Positions 19,703 to 29,174 of a stretch of 64,000 nt of DNA are shown here, in pieces. The notes beneath the pieces are model-generated. The model was not told the DNA's origin, searched no databases, and saw only the letters and a list, made by a program, of their open reading frames with translations. This stretch comes from a virus. The stretch is taken from positions 32,001-96,000 of the IMG/VR virus record IMGVR_UViG_3300008111_000005. The stretch is one strand, 5' to 3'. The position numbers and the translations under genes are program-made. How positions within the stretch are numbered: position 1 is the stretch's first letter; each line of letters begins with the position of its first letter.

Positions 19703-20308
19703 TTACTCCTTTACAAAAGCAGTTTCTTCTGGATTAATTCCTATACTTTCTACATAATATATTTTGTGATTCACTTTTAATTTTATTGGTAATTTCCAAT
19801 TAGTGAAGCTATCTTCCCACCATCGTACCCGATTGTTTGGCATGGCTGCGAGATACCCCTCTTCCGACACCAACATATTAAAACTTTTATCTTGTTGTGG
19901 TGCGTTGGAATAACCATCATCATAAAATTCGATTGCCCATCCCAATCCACGGCCGGAAAATTTGTTACCGTGCGAATCCACCCACTCAGCACTTAATCCT
20001 TTGGAAAACTTCATATCTATAATACCAAATTCTGCACCGAAGCATCCCCACACTTGATGAGTATGTAAATTTTTTGCAGGAGGTATTTGTTTGGTGGTAT
20101 CTTGTCCAATAACAAGTCCGTGAATGGGTACACCACGATATTGTGCACCATTTTCCAATAACACAGAAAATGTCAACGCTTGGGTGGGTCTAACTGAGAC
20201 TGCATGAATAATACAATTATCTAGTCCAGTGTCCGTTCCATTGGTAATAAATTCACGACGAACTTTACCATATAAGTGATACGGAAGAGATGCGGTCAAC
20301 GAATACAT
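19703..20308 (-). CDS. Conserved phage hypothetical protein
   Basis: 201-aa ORF; GA.YR.VP.H and A.PNNR motifs. Confidence 0.65.
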   Translation of the reverse strand: MYSLTASLPYHLYGKVRREFITNGTDTGLDNCIIHAVSVRPTQALTFSVLLENGAQYRGVPIHGLVIGQDTTKQIPPAKNLHTHQVWGCFGAEFGIIDMKFSKGLSAEWVDSHGNKFSGRGLGWAIEFYDDGYSNAPQQDKSFNMLVSEEGYLAAMPNNRVRWWEDSFTNWKLPIKLKVNHKIYYVESIGINPEETAFVKE

Positions 20309-21162
20309 TACATTAATTTGGATAATGTTTTAAGTGTGTCTTTATATTCTTCTTGATAATCACGAGTCCATCGGTACAATCCAAGAAGTAATTGTGCTCC
20401 CTTTTCCGTGGTATGTGCCTTTAACATCAAAGCCTCCAAGGATTCGTTCAATCTGTCTCCCCACTTCTTCGCGTAACCCAACCAATGGTAATGTGCTTTA
20501 AAATCGTGTTGTACGAAACGTAGAGATACTTCAGCTTCACCTAAGAATGAGGCATATGCATGAAGTGACGCACTAATGGGACGGCCTGATGCTTTGTGTC
20601 CAACAGCAGCTTGTGCTGTGTCATCATAACTATTCACAATAGAGTGATGTAGTTCTTCAACTGGATTTAAGACAAATTCATTATTGTGATGTAACATATC
20701 GAATACTTCTGGTGTACATCCCTTTCCAAATCCTAGTGCTGTAAATTTCCAATGAATCATTTCGTGATACATGTTTCGAACCGTAACCACTGCATCACCA
20801 GGAAGAGGAGCCATAACAATCCAAGAATTTGGATATTCAACTGCCGCCAACTGACATGAGAATTCGTTCCTATCGGCTGCAAGTTCGATTGGAGTGAATA
20901 CATCCACTAAATTTGTTATGGTATTCCATATAGTAGGTACTGCTCGTGGAGCAATTTGTGCCAATGTATTTAAGTGAGAATCGTTATTGGCAAATGAGGT
21001 GGGTAATGTAGATGGATTAAAAGAATGAACATACATACCAGAAACTTTCTTATATGGAAATTCTTTTTTAACAAATCCCTTTTGCAACTTAATTTGTTTA
21101 AACACCTCTACATCATAACCATCGGGTTGTGCTTGGATAACCCTACTATAATCTATTGTCAT
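20308..21162 (-). CDS. aKG-HExxH-type peptide-modifying (beta-hydroxylase-like) protein
   Basis: YHEMIHWKF followed by GRPISASLHAYASF, the HExxH...RP...LHA..F pattern of this family. Confidence 0.65.
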   Translation of the reverse strand: MTIDYSRVIQAQPDGYDVEVFKQIKLQKGFVKKEFPYKKVSGMYVHSFNPSTLPTSFANNDSHLNTLAQIAPRAVPTIWNTITNLVDVFTPIELAADRNEFSCQLAAVEYPNSWIVMAPLPGDAVVTVRNMYHEMIHWKFTALGFGKGCTPEVFDMLHHNNEFVLNPVEELHHSIVNSYDDTAQAAVGHKASGRPISASLHAYASFLGEAEVSLRFVQHDFKAHYHWLGYAKKWGDRLNESLEALMLKAHTTEKGAQLLLGLYRWTRDYQEEYKDTLKTLSKLM

Positions 21163-21533
21163 AAAACCTCTTCCCATGCATACTGGGCGTTTAATTTAAA
21201 GGTACCGACATATCCACCCCAGAACGCTTGAGCAGGATTTACCAGTGATATAAAAGCAGATCCATTTTGCTTCTTATATAGATAGTAAGTATCCCCAATA
21301 TTCGGCTTAAAACTTATTGAACTTTCATACAACATTTTATTGATAGAATATTCTCGTACCAACTTTTCATAATCCCGTACAACAACATCATACCGTTCTT
21401 TAAAATAATGTTTAAACGTGGGAGACACTTCTGCTTTCCAAGTATCAACATCAACTGGATGAATTGTTGCTGGTGCGTTAGGTGTGATTCCATACGTTAA
21501 TGCGTTTGGATTTTTATTTTCATCATCGTTCAT
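21159..21533 (-). CDS. DUF2452-like protein
   Basis: LTYG...AP, F.P.IG..YYLY, FISL..P..W. Confidence 0.65.
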   Translation of the reverse strand: MNDDENKNPNALTYGITPNAPATIHPVDVDTWKAEVSPTFKHYFKERYDVVVRDYEKLVREYSINKMLYESSISFKPNIGDTYYLYKKQNGSAFISLVNPAQAFWGGYVGTFKLNAQYAWEEVL

Positions 21534-22114
21534 AATGCGTAGGTATAGATGTGTTTTGGTTTGGTTTTTATTACCTGTACGCCTGGGTCACCACGTTTGT
21601 ATCTGTTATTGATTTCCACCCCGTATGGTCTATCCACCATAGTAAGTGTGCGAACGTGGAACGATTTTCCGTCTACCATCAATGTAGTTCCTGGCGCAGT
21701 CATACCTTCGTATTTAAAGTTTGCTGCTTTATAAATAATACCTTTGTGTCCTTGCTGTTCGTCTGCATAGCTGACTACGAATTTCCACTCACTATTTTTT
21801 CGTAACCATTTTAATGTCCTACCTACAAAAAAACTTTCAGCGTTCTTTGGCGTGTCATCAATTAAACATAATCTACGAAGTTCTAAACATTTGTCAGGAT
21901 TGGTGGGATAATATTTCTGTGCCGCAGAAGCACCTGCTGGACGGGTATAAACGCAAACACCCACCAATTCTGGCAGGAATGTTCCTTCGCGAAATAATCC
22001 AAATGTTTCTTTTTCTTGTATATTCACATAATCCGAATAATGCCAACGACGAAGAAAATTTCTAACTGTTTCCGAAAAACTGATATGCTCTACAAAATAG
22101 TTTTCTAATGCCAT
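21530..22114 (-). CDS. Second Mom-like (GNAT-fold) DNA-modification protein
   Basis: WHYS, ELRRL, PKNAESFF, VSYADEQQGHKGIIYKAANF, KHIY. Confidence 0.75.
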   Translation of the reverse strand: MALENYFVEHISFSETVRNFLRRWHYSDYVNIQEKETFGLFREGTFLPELVGVCVYTRPAGASAAQKYYPTNPDKCLELRRLCLIDDTPKNAESFFVGRTLKWLRKNSEWKFVVSYADEQQGHKGIIYKAANFKYEGMTAPGTTLMVDGKSFHVRTLTMVDRPYGVEINNRYKRGDPGVQVIKTKPKHIYTYAL

Positions 22115-22127
22115 AATCACCTCATAG

Positions 22128-22244
22128 TGGCGGTGGGGGATTCGAACCCCACATAGGTTTCCCTAAGTCCTTGGCTAGCGTAGTAAAAGATATAACGAGT
22201 AGCGAGCCCAATTTACTACCGTCGTCCCGACCGACTGCACCGCC
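22128..22244 (-). ncRNA. tRNA-like RNA (117 nt) with non-canonical, enlarged anticodon region
   Basis: GGCGGTG/CACCGCC-A acceptor, GTCG/CGAC D-like stem, TAGG-GAAA-CCTA variable arm, GGGG-TTCGAAT-CCCC T arm; no standard 7-nt anticodon loop. Confidence 0.65.
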
Positions 22245-22250
22245 TGTATT

Positions 22251-23351
22251 TTAAAAGTCTCCCAATTCTCTAATACCGACTCCCACTGGGAAGATGGGTA
22301 TACCATCTCTGGATAATTCTTGATACCTCACAGTCACATATAAACCAATCAGTTTAGAGCGGTTCTTGTAAAGTTCTCTACGATTTTCTTGTGATCCTTC
22401 CGGACGGCAATTAAAATGCTGTCCATCATCGGTTTCGAGAATAAATATGGCGAGATTCTTATCGCTTCCATCACCGTCAATAATATCAACAATACGATAT
22501 TCAGCATCAATAAAATCCTTTAATTTAAGTAGTGAATATGACCGTTTTCCAATTTCATACTGCATATCTGGATTTCGAATCATCGTTCCTTCAAACCCAT
22601 CACGAGTGAATGACTTATGCCAGACCAACACATCCGCCTCATTGAAAGCTTCCCACGTAGGAACACGAACAACGTTGGGGGGAGCATCGTGGAGAATATC
22701 ATGAATAATCTGCTGACGTTTCGCATAAGGAAGTTCACTATCCACAATATCATATACGTGATATAAAAGATTTGGTGACAATTCTGGACGATATTTCTTG
22801 ATTGCCGTCATACTCTCCTGCAACAGTACGTTGTTCGGCAACATCAGCTCACCATCAAGAATAAACCCGCCTGCATCAAACTTCAAGTGCTGAATCACTT
22901 CGGGAATGACTTCCTTGTTTCCCCGACTCCAACCGTTCTCACCATCGAACAGCATTCGCATCCCGTTCAACTTGGGCTGAACGTAAACAGGAAACTCCAC
23001 CTTTCCCTTGTGGTCGGAGAACTTATGGGCGAGCATCGGCATTGGACGAACATCTTTCCGTTCACCCTTTGCACGGAATCCCTTGTCACGTTGCTTCTTG
23101 ATAACGGCATCATACTCAAAGTCTGCCTGCTCTTGGGAATTTCGTTCATTTGCACGACCAACGTTCGTGGGAGCAGCAAAGTATGGTTCGGAGGTCTGAC
23201 GTTTCGTTTCACGACCAGTCTTACTAATCTGGTACCATTCAGTCTGCGTGTAATAGTCTGCACCGTCCTTGACGATGTGTAAACGCCAGAACTTTTCACC
23301 ACCATTCTTGTTTTCGGAAATTAACCATTCACTTGACTTGACGATTTTCAT
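22251..23351 (-). CDS. lig: ATP-dependent DNA ligase
   Basis: PMLA, QPKLNGMR (motif I), LDGEL, FEGTMIR, LLKLK, OB-fold ending in IPIFP. Confidence 0.9.
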   Translation of the reverse strand: MKIVKSSEWLISENKNGGEKFWRLHIVKDGADYYTQTEWYQISKTGRETKRQTSEPYFAAPTNVGRANERNSQEQADFEYDAVIKKQRDKGFRAKGERKDVRPMPMLAHKFSDHKGKVEFPVYVQPKLNGMRMLFDGENGWSRGNKEVIPEVIQHLKFDAGGFILDGELMLPNNVLLQESMTAIKKYRPELSPNLLYHVYDIVDSELPYAKRQQIIHDILHDAPPNVVRVPTWEAFNEADVLVWHKSFTRDGFEGTMIRNPDMQYEIGKRSYSLLKLKDFIDAEYRIVDIIDGDGSDKNLAIFILETDDGQHFNCRPEGSQENRRELYKNRSKLIGLYVTVRYQELSRDGIPIFPVGVGIRELGDF

Positions 23352-23431
23352 TTGATAACCCTGTCGAGGATGAACATAATGATTAAAGAAATCAGAAACA
23401 ACTTTGCACCGAATAACCAGTCCCATGTCAT
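23348..23431 (-). CDS. Tiny hydrophobic peptide (27 aa)
   Basis: MTWDWLFGAKLFLISLIIMFILDRVIK; ATGA overlaps at both ends. Confidence 0.5.
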   Translation of the reverse strand: MTWDWLFGAKLFLISLIIMFILDRVIK

Positions 23432-23550
23432 GAAATATCCCTCTCCGAATCCATCTTCATAATAGCATAACTGATATGGGCATATATTGCACTAATCAAC
23501 ACGAAGATTGCGAACAATCCCACAATGATAACACTGGTTTTGAATAGCAT
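23428..23550 (-). CDS. Small membrane peptide (40 aa)
   Basis: MLFKTSVIIVGLFAIFVLISAIYAHISYAIMKMDSERDIS; GGAG RBS; directly after a promoter. Confidence 0.55.
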   Translation of the reverse strand: MLFKTSVIIVGLFAIFVLISAIYAHISYAIMKMDSERDIS

Positions 23551-23580
23551 GTTAATCTCCAAGGAATAGGGGATGTATGA

Positions 23581-23609
23581 AATATATCACACATCCCACA
23601 AAATGTCAA
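23581..23609 (-). promoter_or_regulatory. Sigma70-type promoter
   Basis: TTGACA-17 nt-TATATT. Confidence 0.75.
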
Positions 23610-23624
23610 GTCCTTTATTAAATA

Positions 23625-24887
23625 CTATTTAAGAACTTCTAACTTAGGTTTAGTATTTTCTAATTTATAAGTACCCAAAATTTCTTCACCCAAACTAATA
23701 TCTTTTAATGCTTTTCCTGTGTTGGAATCCACGTTACCATTTTCTTCTGCGGTGTTCATATACACATAGGGATTAGCTAAGTTAAAACAACCGTCTTTAT
23801 GTAACTTGAACCAATAGAAATTTTCTTTGGTATTTTCATACGATTTCAGAATAATATTCTGCACGTATGTTGGCAATGCATTAAATTCTTTTGGGGTTAC
23901 ACCATATGTACCACTTTCACCCGTCCATTTTGGAAATACTTCTTCACCTTTTTTAATATCACAGAGAGCAAACGTCCCGATACCATGAATTGGACTTGGC
24001 GCTGTATCGGTTTTGATACAGTCTCGTACATACTCGTATGCTGTCTTTTTCACTTCATTTACATTGACAAACGTATCGGTGTGATTGTGATTATATTGGG
24101 TGTTAGTTACGATAACAGTGTTGGACACCAATTTTTGATCTTTGGGATCAACCAAGTTTAATTTGATAGCGTGTCTGTCCTCACCGATTTCCGTATTATT
24201 TCCTACTTCCATTCCATTAAAATAATGCCGCTGCCAATCCTTGTTATGCTTTCCAGCTTTTTTATCTGCACTGAATTGCATACGTGAATTATTATACGTA
24301 TGAAATTTTTCATACAACTCAGGATTTTCATCCAAATGTTTGATTTCAAAATCAAACGTTTCCGCATAATTGTGTGGAATTGGTTGAATGAAACAGATGG
24401 GGTCACCCTTTTTAAACTTTACAATTTTATTTATTTCTGTAACACGCCAGTTCATTGTAAATGTGTAGTTTAACCAATCTGTTTCAACTACACCCTCCAA
24501 AGGATGTGCCCCATCAATAAAGAAATTCGGTGCACCACGAACCAACATATTAACTTTTTCGTTTGTTTTAACTAAGAAATCAAATTCAAACGTGATAACT
24601 CCGCCAACAAAATGACACTTCACCCACTGATTTGATACGTTATATTCTGGGTCCAACCAAAAGTGCATAGAACGTTTGTCTTGTCCACCAAACCAAACAG
24701 CACTGATGTCACACGGACATTCAATAACCCATCCGTTTTGATTTGCGATAGTCATTGGAAGGCATCGGTACATATGCTTATACTCGTCCATCCACGTTCT
24801 TTTTGGTGATGCAGAACGAACGTTCCACCCAGGGATTAACTTATTTCTTTGATTTCTATAAAACGTAATCTTGTTTGGTCGTTCCAT
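23625..24887 (-). CDS. DUF6065-like domain fused to a SET-like domain
   Basis: YRCLPMTIANQNGW, GVVETDW, F.KGDP at N-terminus; SPIHGIGTFALCDIKKGE...ALKDI..GEEI...Y at C-terminus. Confidence 0.7.
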   Translation of the reverse strand: MERPNKITFYRNQRNKLIPGWNVRSASPKRTWMDEYKHMYRCLPMTIANQNGWVIECPCDISAVWFGGQDKRSMHFWLDPEYNVSNQWVKCHFVGGVITFEFDFLVKTNEKVNMLVRGAPNFFIDGAHPLEGVVETDWLNYTFTMNWRVTEINKIVKFKKGDPICFIQPIPHNYAETFDFEIKHLDENPELYEKFHTYNNSRMQFSADKKAGKHNKDWQRHYFNGMEVGNNTEIGEDRHAIKLNLVDPKDQKLVSNTVIVTNTQYNHNHTDTFVNVNEVKKTAYEYVRDCIKTDTAPSPIHGIGTFALCDIKKGEEVFPKWTGESGTYGVTPKEFNALPTYVQNIILKSYENTKENFYWFKLHKDGCFNLANPYVYMNTAEENGNVDSNTGKALKDISLGEEILGTYKLENTKPKLEVLK

Positions 24888-24896
24888 AATAACCTC

Positions 24897-27419
24897 TTAG
24901 AATGAAAAGAATTCATCTGCTTTTTGATTGACATCAGTAGGAAGAAGTCCCCATCCTAATGCACTGTAAAAATCTTCTAGTTTTGTTTTTAATTCGTTCA
25001 CAAACAATGCCTCGTAATCAATATACTGCGAAGCGATATCCGTAATTTCCTTCGGGTCATTGTATCCCTTTACGGCAATGGTTTCTAGATTCCACGGATT
25101 TGTTTTGAGATACACATACTTAATCTTTTCACCGTCTGAAATTTTTTCATACTTGTTTTGTATGTTAAAATGACGCAACATTCGGTTGTATGTAATACAC
25201 GCCTTTACGTGTGCGGGAGTTCCCTTCTTAAACTCACCCAATTGTTTACCAGCACCCTTTTCATATTCTGAGATGTTTTTAACCGATGTGTTTCTAGCAA
25301 CGTTGATATAGTTCTCATTATCCAACGCGACACGAAAATCTAATACTTTTTTATCCATATCACCCTTGGTGATGCCACCTAGTACGTCCTTCAATACCCC
25401 ATTCATAAACGTACGGAATGCCGGCGGAAATGTTGACCGTACTACATCCAATCCCTTAATCTTGATTTTATTATCAACATCTAGGTTAGATTCCAAATCA
25501 TACACCGCGTTCATAGCGTATCGCTTCTTAGCAATCCACACACCCTTACTGGCGACAGACTCACCCTTAATATAGAACCTGTGCTTATCACAGAAAAACA
25601 ATTCCTTCGACATTACGTTATAGTAGTCGTTCAACTTGTTTTCCACCGCACGAGCCAATTTAATAGTAAAGTCCTTTGGTTCTGCGTTTTCTGGTAGTAG
25701 TGCTTTGGATGAAAAGTATAACGAGTCGGTATCAATATAGATACAATAATCCTTATCGTCTTTCAGTCTGTCGTTATACAAATTATTTGCAAACTCTGCA
25801 CTATTCTTAATAACATCTTGTCCCGTTGCTGTAACGGCCAATGCGTTGTCAATGTCAAAGAAACGGAAGATAGGAAGTCCAAGAACACCATACAAGGAAT
25901 TCAAGAAAATCTTCTGAATGTGTTGACGACGATCGTAATAGTCTGCCAACTCTGCGTTACCTTCGTTCTTATACTTCTTCATCAAATTCTTATATTCTAC
26001 TCGTTCTGCGAACCAACGGTCAAGTACTTCTGGAATAATACCCGTCTTGTTAGCATCATACAATACACCATTAGAACTGATGTACATATTTGCCGTGTTC
26101 ATAAACTTAATAAAGTTTTCACGAGGCAAACGAGTAATCGCGTCCGTGTCCTTATCACGTACCAGATAGATATCAATTTCACCCTTACGGTGCTTCTCAA
26201 CGTCCCAATTCGTCACAAACCCGCGTTTAGTCTCTGGACTAATATTGAGACTCATAATGATACTTGGGTATAGTGATTGCAAGTCGAGTGAATAAATCCA
26301 ATCGTACAAACCTGGTACAGGAGGTTTCACGTATGCACCAGAGAATCCTTCATCATTATTCTCTACACGGTCATTCATCAACTGCCGACCATCGGCAGGC
26401 TTGTTGCTTACCACCAATCCCTTGCGGTGTAGATAGGTAATGATTGTTCCTTCGAGGAACTTGGAGCTGTAACAATAATCTTCGTATTGTACATGACCAA
26501 CGTGACAAATACCACGAACCAACTCAATCAACTTCATTTTCTTGTCAATTTCCACGATGATACGTACGTCTTGCACGTTATAATCAATAAACTTATCAAG
26601 GTCATTTTCAAACAGGTCATCAAGTGACCCTTCGTATTCTACCTTACCCATACCAACTTCAATACGACCAATCGTATCCAGACGGTAGTTTTGCTGTTGT
26701 CCGTAGGTGAACTTCTTATAAAGGTCAAGATAATCCAGTGATGTCACACCGGCAATCATCCACTTCTTTCGAAACTTGGAATACTTCAACTTTCCAATAG
26801 GGGACAGTCGGTTTGCAATACCGTTTCCACACTGTTGCTTTAACCGATTGTAAAGATAAGGTACGTCAAAATAATCACTATTCCATCCCGTAATAATAGT
26901 GGGACCGATAGCTTCATATACATCAATGAACTTGTAAAGTAAGTCTAGTTCGTTATCAAAGAAGTACGTGTCAATATCACCCTTCTTATAGTTTTGTCTA
27001 GACCCTGTTTTGTCTAGTACCAATACCGTATATTCCTTCGTGACATTATCATAAAGGGTAACGGCGGTAACTTCATTGTTCGGGTTTTCAATATTCGGAA
27101 TACCATTTTCCATTGACACCTCAATGTCAAAGAAAATAACTTTGTGACCCTTTGATGGTTCGTCACTATCCAAATATAAATCTGTGATTACACGAGTTTC
27201 ACGGGGAATATCACTTTCAAATAAGGTTGGGTCATCCCACTTATACATCTTGGTTTTACTAACACGAACACCTGTCATACTCAACTTAGACCCATTACGG
27301 TCAGCCTTATATGCATAATCAAACTGTGAAAACGGCAACGTGGTATAGCCTTCCTGGTCATCCCAGAGATGTACTATACCACGACCTTCACCATCTTCAA
27401 TAAAAATATTCTGATACAT
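24897..27419 (-). CDS. Family B DNA polymerase (T4 gp43-like)
   Basis: Exo FDIE and GWNSDYFD; DLQSLYPSII, KIFLNSLYG, YIDTDS, KKRY. Confidence 0.96.
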   Translation of the reverse strand: MYQNIFIEDGEGRGIVHLWDDQEGYTTLPFSQFDYAYKADRNGSKLSMTGVRVSKTKMYKWDDPTLFESDIPRETRVITDLYLDSDEPSKGHKVIFFDIEVSMENGIPNIENPNNEVTAVTLYDNVTKEYTVLVLDKTGSRQNYKKGDIDTYFFDNELDLLYKFIDVYEAIGPTIITGWNSDYFDVPYLYNRLKQQCGNGIANRLSPIGKLKYSKFRKKWMIAGVTSLDYLDLYKKFTYGQQQNYRLDTIGRIEVGMGKVEYEGSLDDLFENDLDKFIDYNVQDVRIIVEIDKKMKLIELVRGICHVGHVQYEDYCYSSKFLEGTIITYLHRKGLVVSNKPADGRQLMNDRVENNDEGFSGAYVKPPVPGLYDWIYSLDLQSLYPSIIMSLNISPETKRGFVTNWDVEKHRKGEIDIYLVRDKDTDAITRLPRENFIKFMNTANMYISSNGVLYDANKTGIIPEVLDRWFAERVEYKNLMKKYKNEGNAELADYYDRRQHIQKIFLNSLYGVLGLPIFRFFDIDNALAVTATGQDVIKNSAEFANNLYNDRLKDDKDYCIYIDTDSLYFSSKALLPENAEPKDFTIKLARAVENKLNDYYNVMSKELFFCDKHRFYIKGESVASKGVWIAKKRYAMNAVYDLESNLDVDNKIKIKGLDVVRSTFPPAFRTFMNGVLKDVLGGITKGDMDKKVLDFRVALDNENYINVARNTSVKNISEYEKGAGKQLGEFKKGTPAHVKACITYNRMLRHFNIQNKYEKISDGEKIKYVYLKTNPWNLETIAVKGYNDPKEITDIASQYIDYEALFVNELKTKLEDFYSALGWGLLPTDVNQKADEFFSF

Positions 27420-27456
27420 TAACGAGTTCTCCTTGATAGTCTCTCTTAATATATCC

Positions 27457-27675
27457 TTAGTCGGCGTCTTTGTCAACTCCGAATTTTATCCATCTATACC
27501 AAACTCTCTCGTGAATATAATATTGTATTGGTTTCCACAATAATTCTGCTATACCAAACGCAGCACCAACTTTTATAGATCCACTAACAACCCATATAGT
27601 AAAAAATCCAATAGTAGTACTAAGAATTCTATAACTTATTGTTTTTGCTATATGTCGTTTTGGGTGAATCATCAT
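27457..27675 (-). CDS. DUF2061-like small membrane protein
   Basis: KTISYR ... YYIHERVW. Confidence 0.75.
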   Translation of the reverse strand: MMIHPKRHIAKTISYRILSTTIGFFTIWVVSGSIKVGAAFGIAELLWKPIQYYIHERVWYRWIKFGVDKDAD

Positions 27676-28400
27676 ATCACATCCTTGTATATAGAACAAT
27701 ATTTGTTCCAGTTTTTATTAAATTCATCTATATTTGTTATTTTAGCTACTAAATTATTATCTATCGTTTTTTGAACTACTTTGGAATAATTATCTAATTC
27801 TGGTAAATCTAAATATTTTAACAATTTTTCTGGATCGTTTACATAATCTTCAATATAAAACACATAATCCGTTAATTGTTTTATTCTGTGTAATCTGCAC
27901 AACCACTCAAACCACATAGTAAACATATCTTCGGAAACATATATGCCCGACATCATCTGTCTTTTTTGGTGTATGATATGTGGATCTCCGTGAAATGTTT
28001 TTGTGTACATAGACAAAATAAAACTTAAAAATTGTTGTCGCAAATCTCGTCTTAGTAGGGTTATAGTCTTGTATCTTTGGTTTTTTATAAATTTATTTAT
28101 TATGTTATACGACTTACCAACTTTTAAATTAATTATTGGGAGTGGTGTAGTGTCAATTATCTGCTCATACAGTACATACGGACTGATTTGTTCATATACC
28201 GAATTTTCTCTATGTAATATATTTTCTACACCAGCTTTATATTCAAATATTTCTATACTTTTTTGAAAAATTTCAGGAGTAGTATTTAATAAATTATCAG
28301 CATATTGTTTGTATTCCGGATACTTTATACTCAAACTTTCTAATATCCACGAATGTATTGCAACACTGCTTGCCCTTGGTAAGCTTATAATGCAGAACAT
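27672..28400 (-). CDS. Sulfotransferase-like protein
   Basis: IISLPRASS loop, RRDLRQQFLS, YIED; very AT-rich. Confidence 0.55.
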   Translation of the reverse strand: MFCIISLPRASSVAIHSWILESLSIKYPEYKQYADNLLNTTPEIFQKSIEIFEYKAGVENILHRENSVYEQISPYVLYEQIIDTTPLPIINLKVGKSYNIINKFIKNQRYKTITLLRRDLRQQFLSFILSMYTKTFHGDPHIIHQKRQMMSGIYVSEDMFTMWFEWLCRLHRIKQLTDYVFYIEDYVNDPEKLLKYLDLPELDNYSKVVQKTIDNNLVAKITNIDEFNKNWNKYCSIYKDVI

Positions 28401-28509
28401 TATAATTGCAGTTGTTTAGGAATATTTATTGCGGAAATAATTTCAATTTTATCATCTAATTTAACATGTACCATTATAAAATATCCTTATGTCGCTTTGG
28501 ATGAACCAT
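28400..28509 (-). pseudogene. Relics of the DUF2061 5' end and the nucleotidyltransferase 3' end
   Basis: MVHPKRH(KDIL*) vs MIHPKRH; MVHVKLDDKIEIISAINIPKQLQL* vs VEQIKLDDEIESISATQIRKELGI* (12/24 identical, no gaps). Confidence 0.7.
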
Positions 28510-28511
28510 AA

Positions 28512-29174
28512 TTAATCAGTTAAATAATTTAATGGGTAATTAAATGTAATAAAATCTTCGTGGAACAAATGCTCCGCCAACTCAATAAATTCAGGGTCAG
28601 TAAAGTCTAGGTTATTCAAAGGATCGGTTTCTATCAAGTCCAATGCTTCAAGTTTACTGATGTCATATGTAAAATTATTTGTTATCCAGTTATTAAATTC
28701 AGATATGTTTTCATATTTAAACACAGTGATTTCCGAACTGCTTGCCCAGAACTTTTGTGTTTTAAAGAATGCACCAATAAACCATTCAGATTGCGTATTA
28801 AATATTTCACTTAATGTGTTTCCTTTTGGTTGACAATTTCTATTGAAATTTTCATAGAAAAAAGTAACCATATTGTGAATAGTATCATGTGGAAGCACAA
28901 AAGAAATTCGCGGGTCTGTTGCTTTACGTTCAAACATATAACGTAAAGAAGAAATAAATCTATCAACAGGATTTCTAACTACTGTGAAGTACTTAACAGA
29001 ACTATCATTGACTGTTGATAATATACTGTATGATGAATGACCCAGTGGATAAAATTTATTAGCTTTCAATTCACTTGCAAATGATTCATCAAATAAACTG
29101 TTATATGCTTTCGTACCAGTTCGTGGTATTTTTACATAGCACCACTGGTTACCGTTCGTATCATTTATAATCAT
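28512..29174 (-). CDS. Sulfotransferase family 2 protein
   Basis: VKIPRTGT, VRNPVDRFIS, KYEN, EDF..F.Y. Confidence 0.8.
   Translation of the reverse strand: MIINDTNGNQWCYVKIPRTGTKAYNSLFDESFASELKANKFYPLGHSSYSILSTVNDSSVKYFTVVRNPVDRFISSLRYMFERKATDPRISFVLPHDTIHNMVTFFYENFNRNCQPKGNTLSEIFNTQSEWFIGAFFKTQKFWASSSEITVFKYENISEFNNWITNNFTYDISKLEALDLIETDPLNNLDFTDPEFIELAEHLFHEDFITFNYPLNYLTD

Noticed and set aside
22128-22244. tmRNA or tRNA-Sec
   Set aside because: Too short for tmRNA, no G3:U70 pair or tag ORF, and no UCA anticodon loop.
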